From assembly GCA_050250255.1 (NCBI GenBank), contig JBFWOZ010000066.1, positions 1 through 12,359 on the forward strand: a stretch of DNA of 12,359 nt, given 5' to 3'. The position numbers and the translations under genes are program-made. The stretch's first letter is position 1, and every line of letters starts with the position of its first letter. The notes beneath the pieces were generated by a model, which did not search any database, was not told the origin of the DNA, and saw nothing but the letters and a program-made list of their open reading frames with translations. Below are positions 1 to 7,274 of the stretch, piece after piece. This DNA comes from Bdellovibrionales bacterium. Lineage in GTDB: Bacteria > Bdellovibrionota > Bdellovibrionia > Bdellovibrionales > DASUEL01.

Positions 1-55
1 AAGAAAAAGACACCGAGATAAGAGCGAAAATAAAAATACTTTTCATGAATTTCAT
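1..55 (-). CDS. 5' end of a gene running off the window; probable secreted protein (signal-peptide-like N-terminus)
   Basis: Reverse strand reads ATG AAA TTC ATG AAA AGT ATT TTT ATT TTC GCT CTT ATC TCG GTG TCT TTT TCT = MKFMKSIFIFALISVSFS (Lys then hydrophobic stretch). In-frame ATGs at 55 and 46; AAAGGTGG SD-like sequence just upstream. Confidence 0.55.
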   Translation of the reverse strand, partial: MKFMKSIFIFALISVSFS

Positions 56-107
56 AAACCCACCTTTGGTGGGAAGAGAAATGTCTTAATTCATTTTTAA
101 GGTCAAC

Positions 108-1148
108 CTAAAAACGACAAGCCGCGAGAACTCTTTCGAGAGGAATCGACGCGTAGGCCTCGCGCTCAAGCTCAAAGAGATCAGAAATCTGATGAAAATC
201 CCCCTCGGCACAGACGGTGCTATCTTTGGGCCCTAAAGGTCCCCATCTTAAAGGCGAAGCGAGTCCCATCAATGTCACCGTGGGTGTTCCCATCGAGGCG
301 GCGACAAACTGTAAGGAACTCGTATTCGTCACGAGAAACTGAGCACCACCCACCAGATCTGCGAGATCCATAAAGGTTTTTGGCTGAATGATTCGAAAAT
401 CTCCACCCGCCACCTCTTGAAGCCAAGATGTTTCTTTTGGTGCTCCCACCACGACCACTTCGGTACCTTGATTTTTTAACCGGAGACAGAGTTCACGAAA
501 CTGAGCCGACGGCCACGCTTTTTCGCGTCGGCTTGAAGTCGGATTGATCAATATGTATTTTGATTTTTCAAGCTGCCATAAAGACTTTAATTTCATTTCG
601 TTTAAACGCTTGAGGGCAGGCAGACCCGATTTTATTAATGGAAACGGAAGCGGCACAGATTCTTCAGATCCGTCGGCGCCTGCGACGAGCGAGTACCAAT
701 CCCGTTCATGAATCTCCGGCTCTTTTCCTAACCATGGAAACCAATGAGTGTAGAGCCACTTCATGTACCAAGGAGAACTTCCAATTCGCACGGGCACCTG
801 TGGCCATGCAAACCAAGAAAATCGGTAAGACTCAATTCGCAAATTCACCGTAACTTGAACATTTTTAGCAAAATCCGCTAAAGATCTTTCGCCTCTCACC
901 GCGACCCACTCCGAAGTACCTGAGAGCTCAAACATCTGCGCCGTTTTCCCGTTTTCACAAACAAGAACTCCGTTTATCTGAGGCCACTGTGCGGGATCAA
1001 TCAAATCGAGCCAAAGAGGACTCCCCACAATCCAAATTTTTGCGAGAGGGAATCGTTCACAAGTGAGTTTGAGCGCTTCGAGAGAAACCAAAAGGTCTCC
1101 GAGCGCCCCCACACGAATCCACATCACTTGTTGAACATTGTTTTTCAT
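108..1148 (-). CDS. Glycosyltransferase family 9 (LPS heptosyltransferase-like)
   Basis: N-terminal IRVGALGD motif (catalytic Asp), RFPxAKI, HERD, INPxSSRREKAWP, VVVGAPKE, AASMGTPTVTLMG and PLRWGP match the WaaC/WaaF/WaaQ pattern; 346 aa. Confidence 0.88.
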   Translation of the reverse strand: MKNNVQQVMWIRVGALGDLLVSLEALKLTCERFPLAKIWIVGSPLWLDLIDPAQWPQINGVLVCENGKTAQMFELSGTSEWVAVRGERSLADFAKNVQVTVNLRIESYRFSWFAWPQVPVRIGSSPWYMKWLYTHWFPWLGKEPEIHERDWYSLVAGADGSEESVPLPFPLIKSGLPALKRLNEMKLKSLWQLEKSKYILINPTSSRREKAWPSAQFRELCLRLKNQGTEVVVVGAPKETSWLQEVAGGDFRIIQPKTFMDLADLVGGAQFLVTNTSSLQFVAASMGTPTVTLMGLASPLRWGPLGPKDSTVCAEGDFHQISDLFELEREAYASIPLERVLAACRF

Positions 1149-1149
1149 T

Positions 1150-2124
1150 TTATAAAGGGAGTTTCACGCCAATATTATTTTCAAGAGCGATTTTATAAAT
1201 GTGAATCGCGGTCGCCATATCGTCGAGAGCAATTCCAAGGTTGATTGCCATCGTGCGCTCTTCAGGTTTTTCTCGCCCAGGCTTTTTCCCCGCCACGATT
1301 TCCCCAAGATCCGCATATGGGGACGGAGTCGTTTGGAAATAACCCGCTTTACGGTAATATTCCATCTGAAGAACATCGTCCGTCGCCAATTTATCCACCT
1401 GTTTGAGGGACGGAGCTTGCCAGAAAGAATCAAAGTCGACCGGACTTGCAAACGCCCCTTCCGAAAGCCAGCCAGCTTCAATGGGAGGACTTGGTTTTTT
1501 CAAGATAGGACCACTTGTAACAACAAGATCTAAATTTTTCACGGCCTCCTCAGCTCGAGTCACTGGTTCCACATCAATATTAAAACGCGCACTCATGTCT
1601 TCGGCAAACTTCCGAGAAATTTCCGGATGCAGATCATAAGCTTTCACTTTTTTAATTTTAAAAAGGCAAAAGAGCGCCTCTAAGTTGCTCCGTCCCTGAA
1701 CACCACAGGCAACAATTCCAACGCTCGAGCTTTCGGGGCGAGCCATATATTTTGCTGCTACCGCAGTCGCGGCCCCCGTTCTCTGGGCGGTGATCCACGT
1801 ACAATCCATCACCGAGAGAGGAATCCCCGTCTCTGGATCATTCAAAATCAAAAGTCCCGTGATGTACGGAAGACCTTTTTCCTGATTCTTCGGATAACCC
1901 GAAACCCATTTCATTCCAGCGGAACCAAGACTTGGAATGTAAGCCGGCATCGCATGAATAAAAGCGTCGGGTTGAGTATGAATACCAGGTTTTGGCGGCA
2001 TTTCCACTCGGCCATGTCCTTTTTCAACAAACATTTTCTCGAGAGAATCGATGATCTTCTTCATGGGAAGATTGATTCGCTCCACGTCCTGCTTTGTTAA
2101 ATAAAGAAGTTCTTGTTTCATCAT
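1150..2124 (-). CDS. Ornithine cyclodeaminase / mu-crystallin family protein (archaeal-type alanine dehydrogenase / imine reductase-like)
   Basis: MPPK, HAMPAY, GMKWVSGYPxN, GLP, ITAQRTGAATAVAA, ACGVQGR Rossmann loop, DLGEIVAGKKPGR and GIALDD motifs; ATGA overlap with the upstream gene at 2121-2124. Confidence 0.92.
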   Translation of the reverse strand: MMKQELLYLTKQDVERINLPMKKIIDSLEKMFVEKGHGRVEMPPKPGIHTQPDAFIHAMPAYIPSLGSAGMKWVSGYPKNQEKGLPYITGLLILNDPETGIPLSVMDCTWITAQRTGAATAVAAKYMARPESSSVGIVACGVQGRSNLEALFCLFKIKKVKAYDLHPEISRKFAEDMSARFNIDVEPVTRAEEAVKNLDLVVTSGPILKKPSPPIEAGWLSEGAFASPVDFDSFWQAPSLKQVDKLATDDVLQMEYYRKAGYFQTTPSPYADLGEIVAGKKPGREKPEERTMAINLGIALDDMATAIHIYKIALENNIGVKLPL

Positions 2125-3284
2125 TCGGCCAATTCCATTTTCGCAATCGTCTGAAGTTGCATGTTGCTCGTACCTTCATAGATTTGACCGATTTTGGCAT
2201 CACGGAAATATTTTTCGACTGGATATTCTTTGGTGAATCCGTTTCCACCAAATAAATCCACCGCCATCGAACAGATTTTTTCTGCAGATTTGGAAGAGTA
2301 ATACTTTGCAATCGCGGCCTCTTTTACAAAAGGCTGACCAGAATCTTTTAAGCGAGCCGCATTGTACACAAGCACGCGAGCCGCCTCGAGCATGATACGC
2401 ATTTCAGAAAGTTGAAATTGAACTCCTTGAAATTTGTAAATGGGAGAACCGAATTGTTCGCGACCTTTGATATAATTGAGAGTAGCATCGTAAGCCCCTT
2501 GCGCAATTCCCACCATCTGAGCGCCGATTCCGATACGTCCTTCATTGAGAGTTTCGATCGCAATCTTATATCCCTTGCCCACTTCACCAATCACATTTTC
2601 TTTTGGTACTTGGCAGTCTTCAAAACGAAGTTCACAAGTCGAGCTTGCACGGATTCCCAGTTTGTCTTCTTTTTTCCCTACAGAAAATCCAGGAAAACCT
2701 TTCTCTACTAAGAAAGCGGTGATTCCCTTGTAACCTTTTGCAAAATCCATGTTGGCAAAAACGATAAAGAGATCGGCCTCTTTCGCATTCGTAATCCAAA
2801 GTTTATTTCCATTAAGAACAAAACGATCTCCACGCTCTTCGGCTTTCAAACGAAGCGCGAAAGCGTCTGATCCGCTGGAACTTTCGGAAAGAGCGTAAGC
2901 CCCAACCCACTCACGAGCCATTTTAGGAAGATACTTTTGTTTTTGTGCTTCGGTGGTCCAACGAAGAAGAGCGTTTGTCACAAGAGTGTTTTGTACATCT
3001 ACAAGTACGCCCACAGAACCATCGATACGCGAAAGCTCTTCAACCGCTAAACAAGCCATCGTGAACGAGCCACCCGCGCCGCCGTAACTCTCTGGAGTTT
3101 CAATGCCCATCAAACCCATTTCAAAAAACTTTTTCACAAGTGCTGGATCCATTTGAGCCATCTCATCCATTTTATGTACGAGAGGTTTGATTTCGCTCAG
3201 AGCAAAGGATCGAATCGCTTCACGAAAAGCATTTTCGTCGTCGGAAAAATGAGTAACAGCCTTGCGTTCTTGAGAGTGGGACAC
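2121..3284 (-). CDS. Acyl-CoA dehydrogenase, short/branched-chain (ACADSB-like)
   Basis: YALSESSSGSDA, LNGNKLWITNA, KKEDKLGIRASSTC, LNEGRIGIGAQ, REQFG, FQGVQFQL, FGGNGF and RDAKIGQIYEGTSN (catalytic Glu). GTG start preceded by AAGGAG (3291-3296). Confidence 0.95.
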   Translation of the reverse strand: MSHSQERKAVTHFSDDENAFREAIRSFALSEIKPLVHKMDEMAQMDPALVKKFFEMGLMGIETPESYGGAGGSFTMACLAVEELSRIDGSVGVLVDVQNTLVTNALLRWTTEAQKQKYLPKMAREWVGAYALSESSSGSDAFALRLKAEERGDRFVLNGNKLWITNAKEADLFIVFANMDFAKGYKGITAFLVEKGFPGFSVGKKEDKLGIRASSTCELRFEDCQVPKENVIGEVGKGYKIAIETLNEGRIGIGAQMVGIAQGAYDATLNYIKGREQFGSPIYKFQGVQFQLSEMRIMLEAARVLVYNAARLKDSGQPFVKEAAIAKYYSSKSAEKICSMAVDLFGGNGFTKEYPVEKYFRDAKIGQIYEGTSNMQLQTIAKMELAE

Positions 3285-3416
3285 GAGTCGCTCCTTTTTT
3301 ATAAGTTCGTCGTTCTAAGATCCTGTATCTAAAGATAAATGTGACAATACCCGCGCATTTTGCTAGTTAACTATCTTGAAGTCAAAGACAGGCTAAAAGC
3401 CAAAACAGGAGTTTTT

Positions 3417-3884
3417 ATGAGTACCTCACCCGTACGTGTTCTCGTGGCAAAACCCGGTTTGGATGGTCATGATCGCGGAGCAAAAGTGGTCGCACGTGGC
3501 TTAAGAGACGCTGGCTTCGAAGTGATTTACACAGGCCTCCACCAAACTCCCGAAATGGTGGTCACTGCCGCAATGCAAGAAGATGTGGATATTGTTGGCT
3601 TATCTATTCTCTCAGGAGCCCACGTTCCCCTCGTAAAAGCGATTCACAAACTGATGAAAGATCAAAAGTTGAACAAACCTATTTTTGTCGGTGGAATCAT
3701 CCCCGATGATGACGCACAACTCCTCATCAAAAGCGGCGTAGCAGCCGTTTTCGGTCCCGGCACTTCCATGTCAGCAATTGTTGAAGGGATTCAAAAAATC
3801 CTTTCACCGCGAAAATCTGTTTCCAAAAAACTAGCCCTTAAAAAGTCGGCGGTTAAAAAAGCACTGCTCAAAAAAACCAAATAA
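3417..3884 (+). CDS. Stand-alone cobalamin (B12)-binding subunit of an acyl-CoA mutase (methylmalonyl-/isobutyryl-CoA mutase small subunit type)
   Basis: KPGLDGHDRGAKVV (DxHxxG base-off motif), GFEVIYTGL, GLSILSGAH, GGIIP and FGPGT. Start moved from the ORF track's 3360 to ATG 3417, which follows AGGAG at 3407-3411. Confidence 0.93.
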   Translation: MSTSPVRVLVAKPGLDGHDRGAKVVARGLRDAGFEVIYTGLHQTPEMVVTAAMQEDVDIVGLSILSGAHVPLVKAIHKLMKDQKLNKPIFVGGIIPDDDAQLLIKSGVAAVFGPGTSMSAIVEGIQKILSPRKSVSKKLALKKSAVKKALLKKTK

Positions 3885-3886
3885 GG

Positions 3887-3941
3887 AAAGTACGGACACA
3901 CTTTTGGGACGCATCAAGTCCCAAAAGTGTGTCCGTACTTT
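3887..3941. repeat. Perfect 24-bp inverted repeat with 7-nt loop between convergent genes; likely bidirectional terminator and/or REP-dimer element
   Basis: AAAGTACGGACACACTTTTGGGAC (3887-3910) - GCATCAA - GTCCCAAAAGTGTGTCCGTACTTT (3918-3941). T-rich sequence follows on both strands, and it fills nearly the whole gap between stop codons at 3884 and 3942. Confidence 0.9.
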
Positions 3942-4733
3942 TTAGCAGCCGCTTGTTTCGGTGGGCGGAGCTTGGTTCACGCACGTTGGGCTTTTGAGCG
4001 GACAAGAAATTCTCACATGCATGTGATGATGGTGATTTGGATAGATGATCAAACGACGAAGCAGGTCGTTCTTCTGAACATCGACTCCCTTCGACTTAAA
4101 ATAACTGCAAAAAGCCTTCTTTACCGCCGAATGAACAAAAATTCGCGCGACACGTCCTGAACCATAAAGCCCTTTGAGTAAAGCCACATTCCGTTCGATA
4201 TCAAACTCTGGTGAGATTTTTCCATTCACCACCATTGATTGAAAATCCGCTCGCTCACCCACATTCGTATGTCTACGAGCTATGTTAAAATACGCGATGT
4301 CGGCATCAAGGCCATTTTGATGACTGCTGTGTCCTCCTGCCTTCCCTCCACGCTGGGACGTGAGGTCGCCAATGAGAAGACGATCACCTTGAGGAAAATA
4401 TTTATGCACATATTCGGCACCCTTTGCTAACACCACGCCTAAATCATAGGTTGCAAAACGATTTGTGCCTTGAGGGTTCAATTTTACGAAGCCCACTCCG
4501 CTCGCAGGCATGACGGTACTACTGATGATGGAACCCTTCGCATAAAACCCTCGTGCTTGTTCTATAGGTCCTTGAGTCCATTGTTGGCCAGATAAAACCT
4601 CATCGCTTCCAAAATCAGTGCTGATATCTCCCGCCATTGGATCAGAATTTTGTTGAGCAAAGATATTTTCACCACAGCCGGTTACGGCGAATAAAAAAAC
4701 GACAAACGTAAAAATGCTAAGCAGCTTTCTCAT
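3942..4733 (-). CDS. mepA: Penicillin-insensitive murein endopeptidase (MepA, peptidase M74 family), lipoprotein
   Basis: IGDLTSQRGG, GHSSHQNGLDADI (HxxxxxxD zinc motif), RIFV, HHHHMHVRISCP...C (HxH plus Cys pair). N-terminal MRK, hydrophobic stretch and lipobox VTGC; GGAG SD upstream. Confidence 0.88.
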   Translation of the reverse strand: MRKLLSIFTFVVFLFAVTGCGENIFAQQNSDPMAGDISTDFGSDEVLSGQQWTQGPIEQARGFYAKGSIISSTVMPASGVGFVKLNPQGTNRFATYDLGVVLAKGAEYVHKYFPQGDRLLIGDLTSQRGGKAGGHSSHQNGLDADIAYFNIARRHTNVGERADFQSMVVNGKISPEFDIERNVALLKGLYGSGRVARIFVHSAVKKAFCSYFKSKGVDVQKNDLLRRLIIYPNHHHHMHVRISCPLKSPTCVNQAPPTETSGC

Positions 4734-4814
4734 GATGTTTCTCCGTTACATTTTTGTGTTGGAAAAAAATTTCCTCACAAAAAAAGTAGATTCACAAGTT
4801 TCCCTGCAAAAAAA

Positions 4815-4843
4815 TAAAATTAATTAATTTTAATCTTGATTAA
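4815..4843. promoter_or_regulatory. AT-rich overlapping palindromes in a divergent promoter region (candidate regulator site)
   Basis: TAAAATTAATTAATTTTA (4815-4832, perfect 18-bp palindrome) overlaps TTAATC-TT-GATTAA (4830-4843). Confidence 0.35.
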
Positions 4844-4929
4844 TACGGTGCAATTTACTCCAAGCCCTTGGTCTAGTATTGCTCCGTTTTCTCTCAGAGA
4901 TCCTCAATTTACGAATATTATGAGAACAG

Positions 4930-6054
4930 GTGAGGTGGGGCTTGAGACGAGTCATTGACAAGGATGTCAAATCGCTAAGGTGGATTTTTATCCTCGGCCT
5001 TCTTGTCTCTTGCCAAAAGACAACCGATCAACAAATCTACTTAGCACCTCAAGAACGCAGTGAAATGCTTCTCGCCGAGAACATTTCTTCCCAATTAAAA
5101 ATATGTTCTTTCAATATTCAATTTCTTGGTGCTTCAAGAGTGCGAGAAACGAGTGCTCTTTCACAGATTCTCAAAAAAGCAGGCTGCGACATGGTTGTGG
5201 TGCAAGAGCTGATTGCCCCACCAGATGTGCGAAGACTTCCAGCTTCTAAATATTATGGTGAAGAACGTATGCCTCAATTTCCGGGAACAAATCAAGAATG
5301 GGTTCCTAACGATAGAAGCACGGATTTTTTTGAAAGAATGTATGAAGCGGGATTTGATAATTTCGAGATGTCAGAAGAAGACACTGGACCCGGTCCAAAA
5401 AATCATATCAACAGCACGGCGACCGAATGGTGGGTGGTGTTTTTTAAATCAAGAAAAGTGGAAGTTCATTCGGTGCTCCCCACAGGTTTTGTCAGCGGCC
5501 CTTTGGCTCAAAATCCTAATTGGGACCGCGTACCCTACGCGTTTTCTTTTCGTTGTAAAAACACTGTTCGCGAAAACCAAACAGATTTCACCCTTCTTTC
5601 CGTACATCTCCACACCGGGGCAACTCGCGCAAACGCTCTTCGAAGAAAAGCGGAGCTGGAGAAACTTTACCGCTGGATTGATTTAAGAAAGAGATCCATC
5701 ACCGAACGCGACTATTTTATTCTGGGAGATATGAATATTGAGGATGGGCAAGAGCTTACAGACGTGACTCAATCGACTCCTTATCTTTCTCTCAATACTC
5801 TGGCAAGATTTCCAACAAACACCAATCCCAACAATCCTCGGCCTTATGATCACATGATTTATAATCCCAGCGACTCACATGAGATCGCTCCCCTTCAAAA
5901 CCTTCAAGTATTAGATCTTGTAAAGGCCGCCAAGGCTTACTGGACCTCATCGGGCTACCCCGGCACTCCTTATGACCACAATCGCTTCCGTATGAGCTAC
6001 TCAGATCATAATCCTATCGCCTTCACCCTCTCCTGCGAGAACGACGACGATTAA
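4930..6054 (+). CDS. Endonuclease/exonuclease/phosphatase (EEP, DNase I-like) family protein, probable lipoprotein
   Basis: KICSFNIQFLG, DMVVVQE, RVPY, LLSVHL, ILGDMN, YDH and SDHNPI catalytic motifs; hydrophobic stretch WIFILGLLVS-C with lipobox. Start uncertain (GTG 4930 or TTG 4942). Confidence 0.88.
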   Translation: MRWGLRRVIDKDVKSLRWIFILGLLVSCQKTTDQQIYLAPQERSEMLLAENISSQLKICSFNIQFLGASRVRETSALSQILKKAGCDMVVVQELIAPPDVRRLPASKYYGEERMPQFPGTNQEWVPNDRSTDFFERMYEAGFDNFEMSEEDTGPGPKNHINSTATEWWVVFFKSRKVEVHSVLPTGFVSGPLAQNPNWDRVPYAFSFRCKNTVRENQTDFTLLSVHLHTGATRANALRRKAELEKLYRWIDLRKRSITERDYFILGDMNIEDGQELTDVTQSTPYLSLNTLARFPTNTNPNNPRPYDHMIYNPSDSHEIAPLQNLQVLDLVKAAKAYWTSSGYPGTPYDHNRFRMSYSDHNPIAFTLSCENDDD

Positions 6055-6087
6055 ACGACGACTCATTTAAATATTATGAAGTATGAA

Positions 6088-6774
6088 TTAACGTATGAGG
6101 CCTAATAAACGAATCAAATGAGCTTCTAAGAACATTAGCTTTCCATTAAATTCTGGTTTGCACCCTTTTGAAGAGCCTGTAGCTCCTGAAGGTTTTTGAG
6201 TACCAATAATCAATTGCTCGGGGCAAAGTGTTCCATCCGCGACCGTGATTTCCGAGAAAATATCTAAAGATTCATCTCCGGTGATTTCACGAATCAGTGT
6301 TTTACAGTAAGAACCTTCCACTAGTACTTTTAGAAAAGGGATACGAAACCTTTTATCCAGAGCTTCGCCTTCCATCATCACCGGATAACCATGTAGAGAC
6401 ATAGAGATTTCCCAACTATTTTCTGAAGTCTTACGAAATTTTGTCCATGTTCTCAGATCTCCCACATAATCAATCGTCTTCTTGTTAATAAGCTTCTTTT
6501 TCATCTCAAAGTAAGTGGAGTTCAATGCAGGCGTGTTTTCATAAAAAGAAACCGTGCTGTGAATGCCGCGATAAATGTCGTTCATACTTTGAGCATACAC
6601 TTCACCATTCGTTTCTTTTAAAATTTGGCCGACGTATGGAGGTGTGGAACCTAGTGAAAACAGAGTGTTAGCTTTACGTAAACGACAAACTCTCTGCTCA
6701 AATGCATCAGCATCTTGAGCATGAGAAACTTGAGCAAAAATAACGAGATTTAAAATGACAAGAAATATCCCCAT
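6088..6774 (-). CDS. Hypothetical secreted protein
   Basis: Open frame of about 228 aa (ATG 6774; ORF track TTG 6780) filling the space between neighbours. Signal peptide MGIFLVILNLVIFAQVSHA|Q; four Cys; no family recognised. Confidence 0.7.
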   Translation of the reverse strand: MGIFLVILNLVIFAQVSHAQDADAFEQRVCRLRKANTLFSLGSTPPYVGQILKETNGEVYAQSMNDIYRGIHSTVSFYENTPALNSTYFEMKKKLINKKTIDYVGDLRTWTKFRKTSENSWEISMSLHGYPVMMEGEALDKRFRIPFLKVLVEGSYCKTLIREITGDESLDIFSEITVADGTLCPEQLIIGTQKPSGATGSSKGCKPEFNGKLMFLEAHLIRLLGLIR

Positions 6775-6873
6775 AACCAAGAGCTACAGGATTACTGGGA
6801 ATACTGACAGCAGGCTTTCCCTTTATTGAAAATAATGCCCTTAAGAACACTTTTATTCGCAGGTGAGCTAGAA

Positions 6874-7251
6874 CTATTTTTTAGAATGTTTCGCAGTGAT
6901 GAGCGTGTGGATATTACCGCGTACGTTGAAGTCGCCAACGACTTCCATTTCCCAAGGATCTAAAAGATTGATCATATCTTGGAGAATCACGTTCACCACA
7001 TCTTCGTGATACACATTTTCGTTACGAAAAGAGTTGATGTAGAGCTTTAAAGATTTGAGCTCGACACATTTTTGATCGGGAACGTACCTGATTTTGATCG
7101 TCGCGAAGTCGGGAAATCCACTACGCGGGCAGAGGCAAGTGAACTCCGGGCAAGTGAATTCGATGGTGTAACGGCGATCTTTGGTGCGATTTTCAAACGC
7201 TTCCAATTCGTTTTCTTCGATCATTTTTTGGCCGTACTTTTTTTCCATCAT
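6874..7251 (-). CDS. queF: NADPH-dependent 7-cyano-7-deazaguanine reductase (preQ1 synthase), type I unimodular
   Basis: PEFTCLCPRSGFPDFA (catalytic Cys/Asp), QueF motif VELKSLKLY, SFRN...HE and FNVRGNI; 125 aa. Confidence 0.95.
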   Translation of the reverse strand: MMEKKYGQKMIEENELEAFENRTKDRRYTIEFTCPEFTCLCPRSGFPDFATIKIRYVPDQKCVELKSLKLYINSFRNENVYHEDVVNVILQDMINLLDPWEMEVVGDFNVRGNIHTLITAKHSKK

Positions 7252-7274
7252 CCACTTCCGCTCGTTCTAACCCA

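Noticed and set aside
3326..3337. TATCT-AA-AGATA dyad in the ACAD / B12-subunit divergent region
   Set aside because: 5-bp arms and a single occurrence; not distinguishable from chance.
4014..4034. His run (HHHHMH) in MepA as a novel metal tag
   Set aside because: Explained by the family's HxxHxH catalytic motif.
4869..4882. Sigma-54-like TGG...TTGC upstream of the nuclease gene
   Set aside because: The GG-GC spacing is 9 nt rather than the required 10.
6040..6062. Short AACGACGAC direct repeat around the nuclease stop codon
   Set aside because: Two copies of 9 nt, one being Asp codons; not a CRISPR array or a convincing target-site duplication.
7252..7274. Possible preQ1 riboswitch upstream of queF
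   Set aside because: The gap is only 23 nt and lacks the preQ1-I stem-loop and A-rich tail.
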